The notes under the pieces are model-generated. The model saw only the letters and a program-made list of their open reading frames with translations. It did not search any database and had not been told where the DNA came from. A program made the translations under genes and the position numbers. From Lama glama (taxonomy: Eukaryota): 64,000 bases of DNA. Positions 14,628 through 27,250 of this stretch are shown piece by piece. Numbering within the stretch: position 1 is the first letter of the stretch; each line of letters starts with the position of its first letter. Location of the stretch: assembly GCA_028534125.1 (NCBI GenBank), contig CM052816.1, forward strand, positions 32,676,001 through 32,740,000. The letters run 5' to 3'.

Positions 14628-15047
14628 TTCTCCATCCTGGGGAGAGGAGGAAAAAGGGATCAAGAACAGAGATTGACCAAAAGCAGAAGGGGAAGGGGCA
14701 GGAGACAAAAAATGTTTTCTGAAAAAATGGGGAGGAGGAGAAGGAAAGATAAGTAGGTCACTGTCTTGCACCTATAATACAAAGTGAAGAAAGTTTGTTT
14801 TGGAAGGTAAGTCCTGGGGGATCTGACCCCCAAGCCCCAGAGTAGGGGTAGGAGGCCAGTGGCAACAGCTGCCTGGTGTTGGTTGCTGAAGCGTTAAAAA
14901 GTGCCATGACGGAGCTGTCAGGAGGCAGCCCTTGGAGCCAGGGCTCAGTGTGCTGTTACCATAGGGGCTGTGTGCTGAGGGGTGGGGATGGAGGTTATTT
15001 CTTAGCTCTCGTGCTAGCTCCGTGCTTGTTTGCTGCTAGCCACCCCC

Positions 15048-15695
15048 TCAGTTGCTACAACACTGGCTCTTGTTCTGCTGGGACTGCTCATGGAGATCCA
15101 CACCACGGCTTCGGCCTGCTGCATGCCCCAGATTCTGGGGTTCACTCTTTGGCAACTTCTTAGCTATTGCCAGGAAGAGATCATTCACGTTCATAGCTGT
15201 CTTGGCTGAAGTCTCCATAAACAATAAGCTGTTGTCATCTGCATACGCCTGGGCCTCTTCATACTCCACCATGCGCTTGTTGGCCAGGTCAGCTTTGTTC
15301 CCCGCCAGGGTAATAACGATGCTAGGACTGGCCTGTTGTTGTAGTTCCTTCACCCATGTCTTTGCTCGGGCGAAGGTCTCCTGATTAGTAATGTCATAAA
15401 CCACAATTGCAGCTTGGGCACCTCTGTAGTACATGGTGGCCAAGCTATGGTACCGCTCCTGCCCAGCTGTGTCCCAGATCTCAAACTTGACTGTTGTGTC
15501 ATCTAGACAAACAGACTGGGTGAGGAAGGCCGCTCCAATGGTGCTCTCCTGGTACTCATGGAACTGCCCTTTGACAAAACGTAATACCAGGCTAGACTTT
15601 CCCACTGCAGATTCACCCAGCAGGACCAATTTGAATTGGCATATTTTGCTGGCCTGGGGCTGCCCATTGGGCCTGGCTGTGCTTCTGCTAGTCAT
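15048..15695 (-). CDS. RAB5B: Intronless RAB5B retrocopy ORF, intact 215 aa (candidate retrogene or young processed pseudogene)
   Basis: [35 protein letters not shown]...SQCCSN, with P-loop [29 protein letters not shown] and the C-terminal CCSN prenylation motif. No introns, stops or frameshifts. ATG at 15695-15693 in GCCATG context. Confidence 0.93.
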   Translation of the reverse strand: MTSRSTARPNGQPQASKICQFKLVLLGESAVGKSSLVLRFVKGQFHEYQESTIGAAFLTQSVCLDDTTVKFEIWDTAGQERYHSLATMYYRGAQAAIVVYDITNQETFARAKTWVKELQQQASPSIVITLAGNKADLANKRMVEYEEAQAYADDNSLLFMETSAKTAMNVNDLFLAIAKKLPKSEPQNLGHAAGRSRGVDLHEQSQQNKSQCCSN

Positions 15696-17719
15696 GGCTA
15701 GATTATCAGAGTGGGAAAGGGTGAAGGGAGGGGGATGCCACAAAGAGGCGAAGGGGGGAGGGGGGAGGGGAGGGGACTTCCAGGCTTCAACAGTCCTGGG
15801 GCTCCGTTCCCCCGTCGGGCCCAAGCCTGTGTCCCATACTATGTTTTAACTATGCTTTTTTTCAACTATTTTTCTGAAGTGATACAGGGAGCAACTATCA
15901 GATAACTTTTCTAAAGCTGAGCTACATATTAAATTTTAAAAGTCATTTTCTGCTTTTATGTTATCAAAGTCAGAGTGTTTCTTGTCATATCATCTTGATT
16001 GTTTTCAGAATTGTAACATGTGACCTGATTCTTGGCCTCAAACTTTAATGTAGACACTAGTAAGGTACTGTGATAATGCCTTCCTTGGTAGACTTAAAAA
16101 AGTGATGAGCATGCTTTTGAGTAAGTACAAAAGTTGTTTCAGGTCTCTCTTCTTTTACACATTTAAAAGATGTAGTTTTGTCAGGACAAGAGACTTTAAA
16201 ATATTATATCCTTGAGTAGATATTACATGCTCATGGTATACATTTCAAAAAGTACGAGAGAAAATGGAATGAAATGAAATAAAAATAAATCTCCTACCCC
16301 TGTCCCTCAGCTACACACATCCCCTCCACAGAAATAATCACTGTTACCAGTTTCTTGTTTAGCCTTTCAAACTGTAGTCCACAGAAACCCAAATCTCACA
16401 AACATAATTGTTGGATGTTCTTTTGAAGGGCAAATATATATACTATTGTGCTAAAGTCTAATTTTTATTTTCATCAAAAGATAGCATTCTGGAGCATGAC
16501 ATGCTTAAAAATTTCAAATCATAATAATAACTCATTCAAGCTCCAGAACAGTCTTTTTACTTCAGAAATTACAAAGCAGAGACTGGAAGGGGATAAACAG
16601 CTTTCTACTTAAATCTGATTATCTAGCTCTTTAGTGTTGAAATCCTACTGGTTTGGAATTTAACAAAAGTGGTCCCATGATTAAAGATAATTTGGAAAAA
16701 TCTGACTGGGTAGCTTATCTGCTCACTACACAAGAAAGTGGTTGTGAGAAATTTCCATTGTGCATTACAGTAAAGTGAGAGAATCTGTATATTTTGCTTA
16801 TTCCCTGTCTACATGAGCAACAGATGTTGACTGGGGCTAGAGGATCTGCTTCCAAGGGCACTTACTCATTTGGCTGGCAAGTTTCTAGTGGTTTGGGCCC
16901 CCTGTTTTTACCTGAGTATCCTAAACGCAGAGGCTGGCTCCAGAATAAGCAATCCAAGAGACCAGGGTAAAGCTACAGTGTCTTTTATGACCTTGCCTAG
17001 AAAGTCACACACTTCTGCATTATTTTATTGGTCACAGAGGTCAGCTCTATTCAGCATGGGAGAGCACTATAAAAGGGCTTGAATACCAGAATTTAAAGAT
17101 CATTAGGGGTAATCTTGGGAAGTGGCTGTGGTGCCTCCCAACTATAGTTTCACCCCCATTTAAATAAGGATTGGATCAGAGTCTTATATTGTTTCTGGTA
17201 AACTTAAGGTGAATTTATGCAAAAATTTTGATGCTTTTAAAATGCTACACACCTTTCTGTTATTTATTAACTACTCAAAAAAATGCTTGTTTGATTTGCG
17301 ACGCTTTTGATGTATTTTTTTATTGTGTTTGATACCATATGAGAACAAAAACACATAATCTGAGAATATCTAGAGATACTAATTCTGGCTTCCTCTTAGA
17401 ATGTGTAGGATACATCCTCAGGCTTTAACACGTTGCTGAAATCTTGGCTACCTTGTCTATTGATGTTACTGCTTTAATCTAGCTGTTGGATCTGGGTGTC
17501 ATCCAGAAACCTGAGTGGATATAGGGCATCTCTCATTCACAAAAGAGTGAATTCTGACTATAGTCTTCAAAAGCTTAAGATACTGGCATACTTATGCTGC
17601 TGGGATTCTGTGGAAGAATAAGGCTGCCATTGTACGAGAAAGAAAAAAAGGCCATGTGTTATTTTTGAGGGAAATCTTAAAAGGAGTAAGAATTTGAAGA
17701 TTTTAGTGTAGTGCAGATG

Positions 17720-19090
17720 GACAGGGACATTTGTAGGTCAAGTATCTGTTTAGTTTAAATGTTTCAGGTATCCAAGTGAGATATCAACTAGATAGTTAGA
17801 TATTCAGCGAAGAGGGTTAGGATGGAGATACAAATTTGAGATTTAACATCATAAAGATGATAGTTAAAAGCCTTGGGACTAGGTGAGAAAACAATGAAGA
17901 GAGAAAACAGTCCTAGTATAAGCCTTGAGGCACTCGTCTTTTAGAAGACTAGTGAAGAGACAGAACTAATAAAGGAAATTAGAGGGAGAAGGAAAACCAG
18001 GAGAATATGTCAGAGAAGCCAAGAGAAGACGTCTTTTTCAAGTAAAAGAGAGTATCTTCTTGGTCTAAAGTTACTAAGAGTTGGTTGTACTAAGATGAGG
18101 GCAATGGAATTTTGGCCACGTGGTGGTCACTGGTGACCTTGATAGTTGAGCTTCAGGAAATTGTTTAGGATTAAGGTAGTTAAAGAGTGAATTAGAGGTG
18201 AGGAAATAGAGCCAGGAAATGAAAGCCACTAGATAAAGAGGTTTTGCTGTGAATAGAACAGAAAAGTGGTCATATGTACTGGTGGAGCACACAGGGAGCT
18301 AAGGTCAAGAGAGGGATTTATAAAGATGAGTGATCCTAGAGCATGTTTGTGTGTTCATGATAATGATCCAGTAGAAAAGGAGAAACTGATTATACAGAAG
18401 AGAGGAGCTAATCAAAGATCTTCTTGAAAAGACAAGAGTATTTGGAATCCATTGCCCAAGTAAGGGCATTGGTCTTTGATAGGAGTAGGTGTGCTTCTTC
18501 TGTTTTAATAGGAGAGAAGCAGTGTAGGCTTAGTAGGGAATTTCTCTCTTAATGGAATGAAGTAGATCTTCAACTGAGTGTGGCATAGGTAGGAAAATAG
18601 GTGTATTTCAGGACTGAGGAGAGAAAAAAGGTGTGAAGAAGTTAACTCAGATAATGGGAAAGCGGACTTTCTAGGAAACACAGTAGTCCTGCCAGGTAGT
18701 GTTAAATATTCTTCTATGTTTATGGTTAATTTAAAGTGCAACCAGCCAGCCGTGCTATCTAATTCTCCCCGAACCCCAACACAACACATAATAAGCTGCT
18801 CTGATGAAAGCATGCAAAAGTTGAATAGCTCATTCAGTTTAACCAGAGTTGGGGTTTTACCAGGTAAATATAATAAAGGGAGAGAAGAATGAGAGATTTA
18901 AGTGAAAGGGAGTGGTTATTGTTGGGCTTTAGGAGGAAAGTAAAGATGAAAGTGATAGTGAAAATTGATGAGAACTTGGGATTGAAGAAGCCAGTGAGGT
19001 AAAAGAATGTTGTATTTGGAGATGGTAGAATAAACTAGAGGAGTAGGAGGCATGTTTCAGAGGCTGGAACTTTGGAAATTGAGATTTTTT
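17720..19090 (-). mobile_element. LINE-2 remnant
   Basis: Purine-rich, with L2-like phrases (ggatggagatacaaatttgag, ggtcactggtgaccttga, gaggttttgctgtgaatag). Confidence 0.6.
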
Positions 19091-20100
19091 TTTAAGATTT
19101 TGGAGTTGGTCCAGGTGGTCCTTTCACTGCACAGAAGCCTTTTTTTTTTTTTAAATAAAAGAACTTTGTGTTCTCTATTACAAAAGAACAAGTATCAAAA
19201 AGATATCTTTTCTATGAAAGTTCCAGGTGTTTTATTGAGCAGTTCTGTTTGTTTGAATTAAATGGCAGGCTTTCTTTGGGAAAAGATTAAGAAAATGCTT
19301 TTTTCATATGTTATCAGGTATAGACTGGTTTGAGAATCAAGATACTTATTGATTGCTCATGTCTGTTGAGGAAGGTATTTGAAAGTGAAATGAAATTTAA
19401 TCGAATTCTTAAGAAATCTTACTGTTTGCTTCTATAAAGGCTATGTGACACTTCAGAAAATTCTACTCAGTTTTGGAGGACTTGGCAAAGAAAATCTTTA
19501 AAGAGACTTACAAACTGAATATGAAGTTTTAGTTTTAAAAACATAATCTAACATTGAAAGAGGGAATTAAATTTATTAGTTTGCCTTGATTTTCCTTTCT
19601 GTCTTCCCTTTTAGAACATAATGTTCAGTATTCATTTTGACCTCTTATTAGGTGACTCATTCTCCTAATCTTTAAAATAATTCTATATATTAGATACTAT
19701 TGTGTGTAGTCCAAGTGACCAGAAGTTTCTGATTTTATTGACACAGTACAATAATGCTGCGTACGTTTTATTTTTTCATTTTACTTAATAATAAATTTGG
19801 GTTATTTAGCCTACAGTAGCAAGCATTTATCTTTAGATACCCAGAAGTGAAATAATTTTCTACTGTATACTTTGCCTTATATATTAAAACTCAGCATAAA
19901 GCAAGAAGGAAGGAAAAGGAAGGAAATGATATTATAGAATTAGGCAGTACAACTTGCAGTTTATATATAGGATGTTCTTTTCTCATCCAAGGTAAGAATC
20001 TGGGGATATTGTATGAGAATAAGATCAAAGATTTGGTTTAAGGTTCTAATAAATAAACACCATGATTATGCCATAAATTTATTCTTTCATGTACACCAAA

Positions 20101-23100
20101 TTTTTTTTCCTTATATTTTAATTTTTTTCTACTGTTTGCTTTTGTTTTATTTGTTTTTATTAAAGTATAGTTGATTTACAATGTTGTGTTAGTTTCTGGT
20201 GTACAGCATGGTGATCCAGTTATGTATATGTATATTCTTTTTCATGTTTTTCATTATAGGTTATTCCAAGATATTGAATATAATTGCCTGTGCTATACAG
20301 TAGAATCTTGATGTTTATCTATTTTATGTATAATTGCTTGTATCTGTGAATCCCAAACTCCTAATTTATCCCTCCTCTGCTTTCTTCTTTGGTAACCATG
20401 AGTTTTCTATCTTTGAGTCTATTTTTGGTTTGTAAACAAGTTGATTTGTGTCATTTTTTTAGATTCCACATATAAGTGATATATAATATTGTTTTTCTCT
20501 GTTTGACTCACTTCACTTTGTATGACAATCTCCAGGTCCATCCATCTTGTTGCAAATGGCATTTCATTTTTTATGACTGAGTAGTATACCATATCTTCTT
20601 TACCCATTCATCTGTGGATGGATACTTAGGTTGCTTCCATGTCTTGGCTATTGTAAATAGTGCTGCTGTGAACAATGGGGTGCATGTATCTTTTCAAATT
20701 AGAGTTCCTTCTGAATGTATACCCAGAAGTGGGATTGCTGAATCATATGGTAAGGCTATCTTCAGTGTTTTGAGGAATCTCCATGCTGTTTTCCATAATG
20801 GCTGCACCAAACTACATTCTCACCAACAGTGTAGGAGGGTTCCTTTTTCTCCACACCCTCTCCAGCATTTACTGTTGATGAAGTTTTGAATGGTGGCCAT
20901 TATAACTCGTGTGAGGTGATACCTCATTGTAGTTTCAATTTGCATTTCTCTGATAATTAGCAATGTTGAGGATCTTTTCATTTGCTTCTTGGCCATATGT
21001 ATGTCTTCTTTGGAGCAATGTCTCTTTAGGTCTTCTGACCATTTTGGGGTTGGATTGTTTGCTTTTTTTTGTCATTGAGTTGTATGAACTGTTTATATAT
21101 TCTGGAAATTAAGCTCTTGTTAGTCACGTTATTTGCAAATATTTTCTCTCAGCCCGTAGGTTGTCTTTTTGTTTTGTTGATAGTTTTCTTTGCTGTGAAA
21201 AAGCTTGTAAGTTTGATTAGGTCCCATTTGTTTATTTTTTCTTTTATTTTTATTGCTTTGGGAGACTGACCTAGGAAAACATTGCTGTGATTTATATCAG
21301 AGAAGATTTTGCCCATAAATCTCTTCTAGGAGATTTATGGTGCCCTGTCTTATGTTTAAGTCTTTAAGCCATTTTCAGTTCATTTTTGTGTATAGTGTGA
21401 GGGAATGTTCTAACTTCGTTGATTTACATGTGGCTCTCTAGCTTTCCCAACACCACTTGTTAAAAAGACTGTCTTCTCTCCATTGTATATTCTTGCCTTC
21501 TTTGTCAAAGATTAATTGACTGTTGGTTGTAGGGGTTTATTTCTGGGCTTTCTGTTCTGTTCCATTGATCCATATGTCTTTTTTTTTGTGCCAATACTAC
21601 ACTGTTTTGTTCATTGTAACTTTGTAGTATTGTCTGAAGTCTGGGAAGGTTATGCCTTCAGCTTTGTTTTTTTGTTTTGTTTTGTTTGTTTGTTTGTTTG
21701 TTTGTTTCCCCTAAGTATTGCTTTGACAATTCTGGGTCTTTTGTGATACCATATAAATTTTAGGATTATTTTTTCTAGTTCTGTGAAAAATGTCATGGGT
21801 AATTTGATAGGGATCACATTATATCTGTGGATTGCTTTGGGTAGTATGGCCATTTTAGCAGTATCAATACCTCTAATCCAAGAGCACGGGCTATCTTTCC
21901 ATTTCTTTAAATCATTTTCATCAGTTTCCTTTATCAATATTTTATAGTTCTCAGCATATAAGTCTTTCACCTCCTTGGTCATGTTTATTCCTAAATATTT
22001 TTTTTGATGTGATTTTAAAGGGGATTTTTTTTTTATTGTCCTTTTCTGATATTTCATTGTTAGTGTGAAGAAATAAAACTGATTTCTGTATATTAATCTT
22101 GTATCCTGCTACCTTACCAAATTATTTTATCAGCTCTAGTAGTTGTTGTGTAGAGTCTTTTAGGGCTTTCTATATATAGCATCATGTCATCTGCATATAG
22201 TGACAACTTTACCTCTTCCCTTCCAGTTTGGACCCCTTTTATTTCTTTTTCTTGTCTGATTGCTATGGCTGGGACTTCCAATACTCTGTTGAATAGCATT
22301 GGGGAGAGTGGGCATCCTTGTCTTGTTCCAGACTTTAGAAGGAAGGCTTTCAACTTTTCACCATTTAGTATCATGTTGGGCTGTGGATTTGTCATAAATA
22401 GCCTTTATTGTGTTGAGATGTTCCCTCTATACCCACTCCAGTGAGAGTTTTTATCATGAATGGATGCTGAATTTTGTGAAATGCTTTCTCTGCATCTATT
22501 GAGATGATCATGTGATTTTTGTCCTTTCCTTTTTTGATGTGGTGTATCACATTGATTCACGTATGTTGAACCATCCTTGTGACCCTGGGATTCATCCAGC
22601 TTGTTCATAGTGTATGATCTTTTTTATGTGTTGTTGGATTCAATTTGCTAATATTTTGTTGAGAATTTTTGCATTTATAGTCATCAAAGATATTGGCCTG
22701 TAGTTTTCTTTTTTAATAGTGTCTGTCTGGTTCTGGTATTAGGGTGGTAGTGGTTTTGTCAAATGACTTTGGGATTGTTCCCTCCCCTTCATTCTTTTTG
22801 AAGAGTTTGAGAAAGATTGGTATAAGTTCTTTGTATGTTCAGTAGAACGTCCCAGTAAAGCCATCTGATCCTGGACTTTTGTTTGTGAGGTGTTGTTGTT
22901 GTTGTTGTTGTTGTTTTTATTAACAGATTCCATTTCACTTCTAGTGGTCAGTCTGTTCAAATTATCTATTTCTTCTTGATTTAGTTTTGGTGGACTGTAT
23001 GCTTCTAGAAACTTTTCTATTTCTTCTAGGTTGTCCTATTTGTTGTCATATAATTGTTTATAGTATTCTCTTATGGTTTTTTGTACATCTATGATATTAG

Positions 23101-23959
23101 TTGTTATTTCTTCTCTTTCATTTCTTATTTTGTTTATTTGGATCCTGCCACTTTTCTTCTTGGTGAGCCTTGTCAGAGGTTTGTCAGTTTTGTTTACTCT
23201 TTTGAAAAACCAGCTTTGGTTTTTATGAATTTTTTCTTTTTTTTTTTTTTCAGTCTCTATTTTGTTTATTTCCTCTCTGATCTTTATTATGTCTTTCCTT
23301 TAGGTTTTATTTGTTCTTCTTTTTCTAATTCTTTTAGGTGGTTAGTTAGGTGGTTTATTTGAGATTTTTCTTGTCTTTTGAGAAAGGCCTGTATTGCCAT
23401 GAACTTCCCTCTTAGGACTGCTTTTGCTGCATCTCATAAATTTTGTTTAGTTGTGTTTTCATTGTTATCTGTTTTAAAGTATTTTTTTAATTTCCTCTTT
23501 GATTTCATTGTTGTTCCATTGGTTTTTTAGTAGCATGTTGTTTAGTCTTTATGTAATCATTTTTTCCTTGTTTGTCTTTCTGTGATTCATCTCTAGTTTT
23601 ATGCTATTGTAGTCAGAAAAGATGCTTGAAGTAATTTCTGTCCTCTTAAATTTGTTGAGGCTTGTTGTGTGTCCTGGTATGCAGTCTATCCTGGAGAATG
23701 TTTCATGTACATTTGAAAAAAAAGTATATTCTGGTTTTTTTGGATGTAATGTCCAAAAATATTAATTAAGCCTAACTGCTCTATTGTGTCATTTAGGATC
23801 TCTGTTGCCTAACTGATTTTCTGTCTGGAAGATCTGTTCATTGATGTTAGTGAGGTGTTAAAGTCTCCTCCTGTTATTGTATTCGCATCACTTTCTCCCT
23901 TTATGTCTATTAGTATTTGTTTTATGTGTTTAGGTGCTCCTATATTGGGTGCATCTATA
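20101..23959 (-). mobile_element. 5'-truncated LINE-1 (about 3.9 kb; ORF2 from within the endonuclease domain to 3' UTR/poly(A)), decayed
   Basis: ORF2 fragments on the - strand: [10 protein letters not shown]...LSLYADDM (RT core, 22114-22395), [15 protein letters not shown]...KMAILPK (21650-22057), PFATRWMDLE (20419-20607) and IDAPNIGAP near 23950. T-rich tail at 20101-20160; many frameshifts. Confidence 0.93.
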
Positions 23960-25154
23960 ACATCAATTAAATTTTTTGTTTTTCCTTATCCATTCTGATG
24001 GATTTCAAGGGCTGATTTGTGTGTTACAAGTTGATTGGTAAATGATTTGTGAGTTAATCTAAGTATTTTATGATATTTTTACATGTTAAAGTGATGGTGA
24101 GTTTTAATCGTGTTTTCCTGGGAGAAAGACTGTTTTTAAAAACTCATTTTATGTGCTCCAATATCTTGAATTCACAGTGATACCATAAACATTTGGTGCT
24201 GTTTTGGTGACTGAAGTCACTGAACGCTTTAGTGCTAAAATGTTATCTTTATGAATAGAGTTTATAAGTTTATATTGTAAATTGTACCTTTGGGAGCAAT
24301 CTTATAGTTGTTTTAGATTTTCAGTAAAGATCAAAGCTAAAGACATAAACAAGACTTAAAAACTCACACACACACAAAGGCAAGCACAAGATTCTGTTTT
24401 AAACAGTTTTTTCAAAATTAATCAGAATGGTTGTTTTTTTTTTTTTTCCCTTCCATAGGGAAAGGATAGCTTAAAGCATTGGATGCTCTGAAACTGGAAC
24501 TTTACACTATTAGGACATATTAAGAATTTAGAAAAAAATTTTCCTCTACTTATATGGAAATATTAGAATATTTGTTAATTGGGTAAAATGGTTGCCAAAG
24601 GTGATTTTGGTGGGGTTTTTTTTGTCTTATTAACAACATAAACTTAATAAATAAGTGTGTTGTGAAAATTGCCAAAATAATACCAAATAAAATTTAAATT
24701 CTTGTAGAGTATAAATTTGGTGGGTTTTTTTGTGGCATTATATTTTCTATTTGAATAAGTCTTTGGCCATTAAATTTAACTATAAGTTAGTAGTAGGAAC
24801 TTCTTGAGTAGGGACTAGCAACTAGTTCTGTTAATTTTTGTAAGTCTTACTCTAATTACGTATCCTTCCTTATGTGAAACATCTATAGTTTTTATTGCCT
24901 ATAAGATGAAGTCTAAATTTTTTAACCTAACAGGCAAAATCGAAATCTCTCCCCTAAAAAAATTCCTGAACATCTTTGAAGGCTAGTTCTGTTGCTACTT
25001 TCTCTCTGAAATCTTTGTTGATTACCTAGCCAGAAATGATCTAATCTTTCATCCTTTGATATACATGTTGCCTTATATTAAAACTTTTGTTGTACGTATT
25101 TTAGGTCCCTACTAGATTGTAAGTTGATGTTTTATTCATGTTTATATCATCTAC

Positions 25155-25665
25155 ATTCATTTATTTAACAGTATGTGTTGGATGCCTACTGCGCAGCAAG
25201 CACTGTTCTAGGTGTGAAGGAAACAGCACAAGAATCTAGGTTCCTGTCCTCATGGAATTTATGTTCTAGTTTGGGAAACATAGATAAGGGAGACAGAAAA
25301 TCAAATAAATAGACAACTAGATATCTGAGCCTTTCAGATCTTAAATGGTTTAAGGAGAAAACAGTATGATGTGATAGAAAGTTTAAGGACAGTACCAATG
25401 TTGATTAGGTGATCATAGAAGATCTCTTTGAAGATGTGACATTTATGCCAAAGCTGAATGATACAATGAAACAGTCATTTGAAGATTTGGGAGCAGAGTT
25501 CTCGAAGCTGAAGGAAAGGTAGTGCAAAGGAATTAAAGAGGGGGAAGAGACGGGGAGTCAGGGAAGGAGGGTGGGAATGGGAAGATGAGCTAGGTTACAC
25601 AGAGTCTTGTAAACCACGATGAGGAATTTGAAATTATTCTAATTTCATTTGGAAGCCAGTGAACA
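25155..25665 (-). mobile_element. LINE-2 3' fragment
   Basis: cattcatttatttaacagtatgtgttggatgcctact...gcactgttctaggtg...cctgtcctcatggaatttatgttctagt. Confidence 0.65.
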
Positions 25666-26920
25666 TTTTTTTAGTTTTGAGGGCTTTTGTGATTGCATTG
25701 GGCCCACCCAGGATCATCTCCCCTCCAACCCCTTTTATTTGTTGTTCAGTAACCATTACTGACAGTGTACTCCATAACTAGTTAGCTCAGTATTAGACAC
25801 TGATGTGCATTATTGAGCAAGTAAAGTTTTTTAACCCAAAAATCATAAAAACAAGGAAAAAGTGACCTGCATTCTCAAGGAGTGTCCATGTCAAAAGGCC
25901 CAGGACTGTGACACTCTTGAGCGGGGCTACTTGAATTGCAAGAGTTTGACTACAGCTGTAAGAGTTATTCCTCGCAAGTTGTAAGTTTCCTTTCTCATGT
26001 CTGCACATGGTTCTTCTTCTGCAGTAAAGCACTTATATCATTAGATCCATACTTGCTTCAAAAAAAGCAGATGTTTTCAATACCATTATTGGATAAATTT
26101 CAGCTAAACAAACCAAAACAAATCCTGCCATTGATCTCTTCTGAACCTCTGAGCAAGGGTTACAGTGTTATGGGGCTCATCTTCCCCCATAAGCTCATTC
26201 TTCAGTGTGTGTTCCCTCCTTTAAGGGTACAGGATACCATGTGGTGTGCAAAGGAAGTGCCAAACAAGTGATAGCTAGTAAACCTCATCTGCCTATTTTA
26301 AAGTCAGCTAATTAATAATCTTAATTACATCTGCCAAGTCCTTTTTACCATGCAATTTAGCATATCACTAGCATGACACCAGGGCATATTTAGACTAGTA
26401 CATTTTTTAACATATTTTACATCATACTATGGCAATGAAGCATAATTAATGCTGAACAGAGTAGCCGTTTTTAAGTTATTCACAGTTTTTCTGATTTCTT
26501 TTGTCTTTGCTTATGTGCCCACTACTAGGCATTACTTTGGCCACACTCCCATAAGACAATCCCAAACTCTGTTTCTTTTTAGTTATTTAACTAAATTATC
26601 TTGAAAATGTCTCCTGAAATTATAGAAATCTTGTTTTAGATATCTTCCAGAGAAATTTGTGGTTACCCATTGATAAAAGTTTGTGGTTCTAGGGTATTTA
26701 TTGTGGATTCCAAATAGGCATTTTTCAATCTAAGTTTTCTTGTTTTCACTTGTTCTGATTATTAAAAATGTATTCATTCAATAAAATATTTATTGAGCAC
26801 TTACTGTTGCAGAGCCAGATGCTGCAATAACCATCAAGATGATAGTAATTGAACAAGTAACTTTTATGAAGCATGGGGCTCTAAAGGAGGGATGTACAAG
26901 CTGCTTTGGGAGATAACACA

Positions 26921-27250
26921 CATTGTCCCTTGGTATCTGCAAGTGATTGATTCTAGGACCCCAGAGGATACCAAAATCCGAGGATGCTCAAGTCCCTTAT
27001 ATAAAACAGTATAGTATTTGCCTATAACCTGCACATGTTCCTCTCATTATACTTTAAATCATTTCTAGATTACTTATAATGCCTAATACATTGTAAATGC
27101 TATGTAAATATTTACCAGGCTGCTTGACAAATTCAAGTTTTGCTTTTTGGAACTTACTGGAATCTCTTCTCTTCTGAATATTTTTAATCCACAGCTGGTT
27201 GAATCCACAGTGGTTGAATGAAGAACCCAAGGATGCAGAGTATCTACTAT
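26921..27250. mobile_element. MER2/MER2B-like non-autonomous Tc1/mariner-Tigger DNA transposon
   Basis: gtcccttggtatctgc...aggaccccagaggataccaaaatccgaggatgctcaagtcccttatataaaa matches the MER2 consensus as I recall it. Confidence 0.75.

Larger units (their letters stand above)
12937..15834 (-). pseudogene. RAB5B: Whole RAB5B processed mRNA insertion (5' UTR, CDS, about 2.1 kb 3' UTR including the gap, degenerate poly(A))
   Basis: Flanked by the direct repeat CATACTATGTTTT (12924-12936 and 15835-15847); the right copy is followed by AA, giving the L1 endonuclease site TTTT/AA. AATAAA on the - strand at 12968-12973, then an A-rich tail running into the TSD. Base composition shifts abruptly at both ends. 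Confidence 0.92.

Noticed and set aside
14048..14771. Five long ORFs of 195-227 aa
   Set aside because: Artefacts of reading through the 500-N gap.
15713..15775. G-quadruplex-like G-run cluster on the + strand; also the C14 run at 35379-35392
   Set aside because: The first is simply the complement of the pyrimidine-rich RAB5B 5' UTR. The second is a homopolymer prone to assembly error. Neither has evidence of function.
15696..15824. 43-aa N-terminal extension of RAB5B in the 258-aa ORF call
   Set aside because: It starts at TTG, not ATG, and translates the C-rich 5' UTR. The RAB5B start is the ATG at 15695.
14876..15905. + strand ORFs overlapping the RAB5B copy
   Set aside because: Antisense shadows of a GC-rich coding sequence, with no recognisable protein.
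20419..22960. Reverse transcriptase ORFs as an active or novel RT system
   Set aside because: Frameshifted fragments of a 5'-truncated LINE-1 ORF2 with no ORF1 or promoter.
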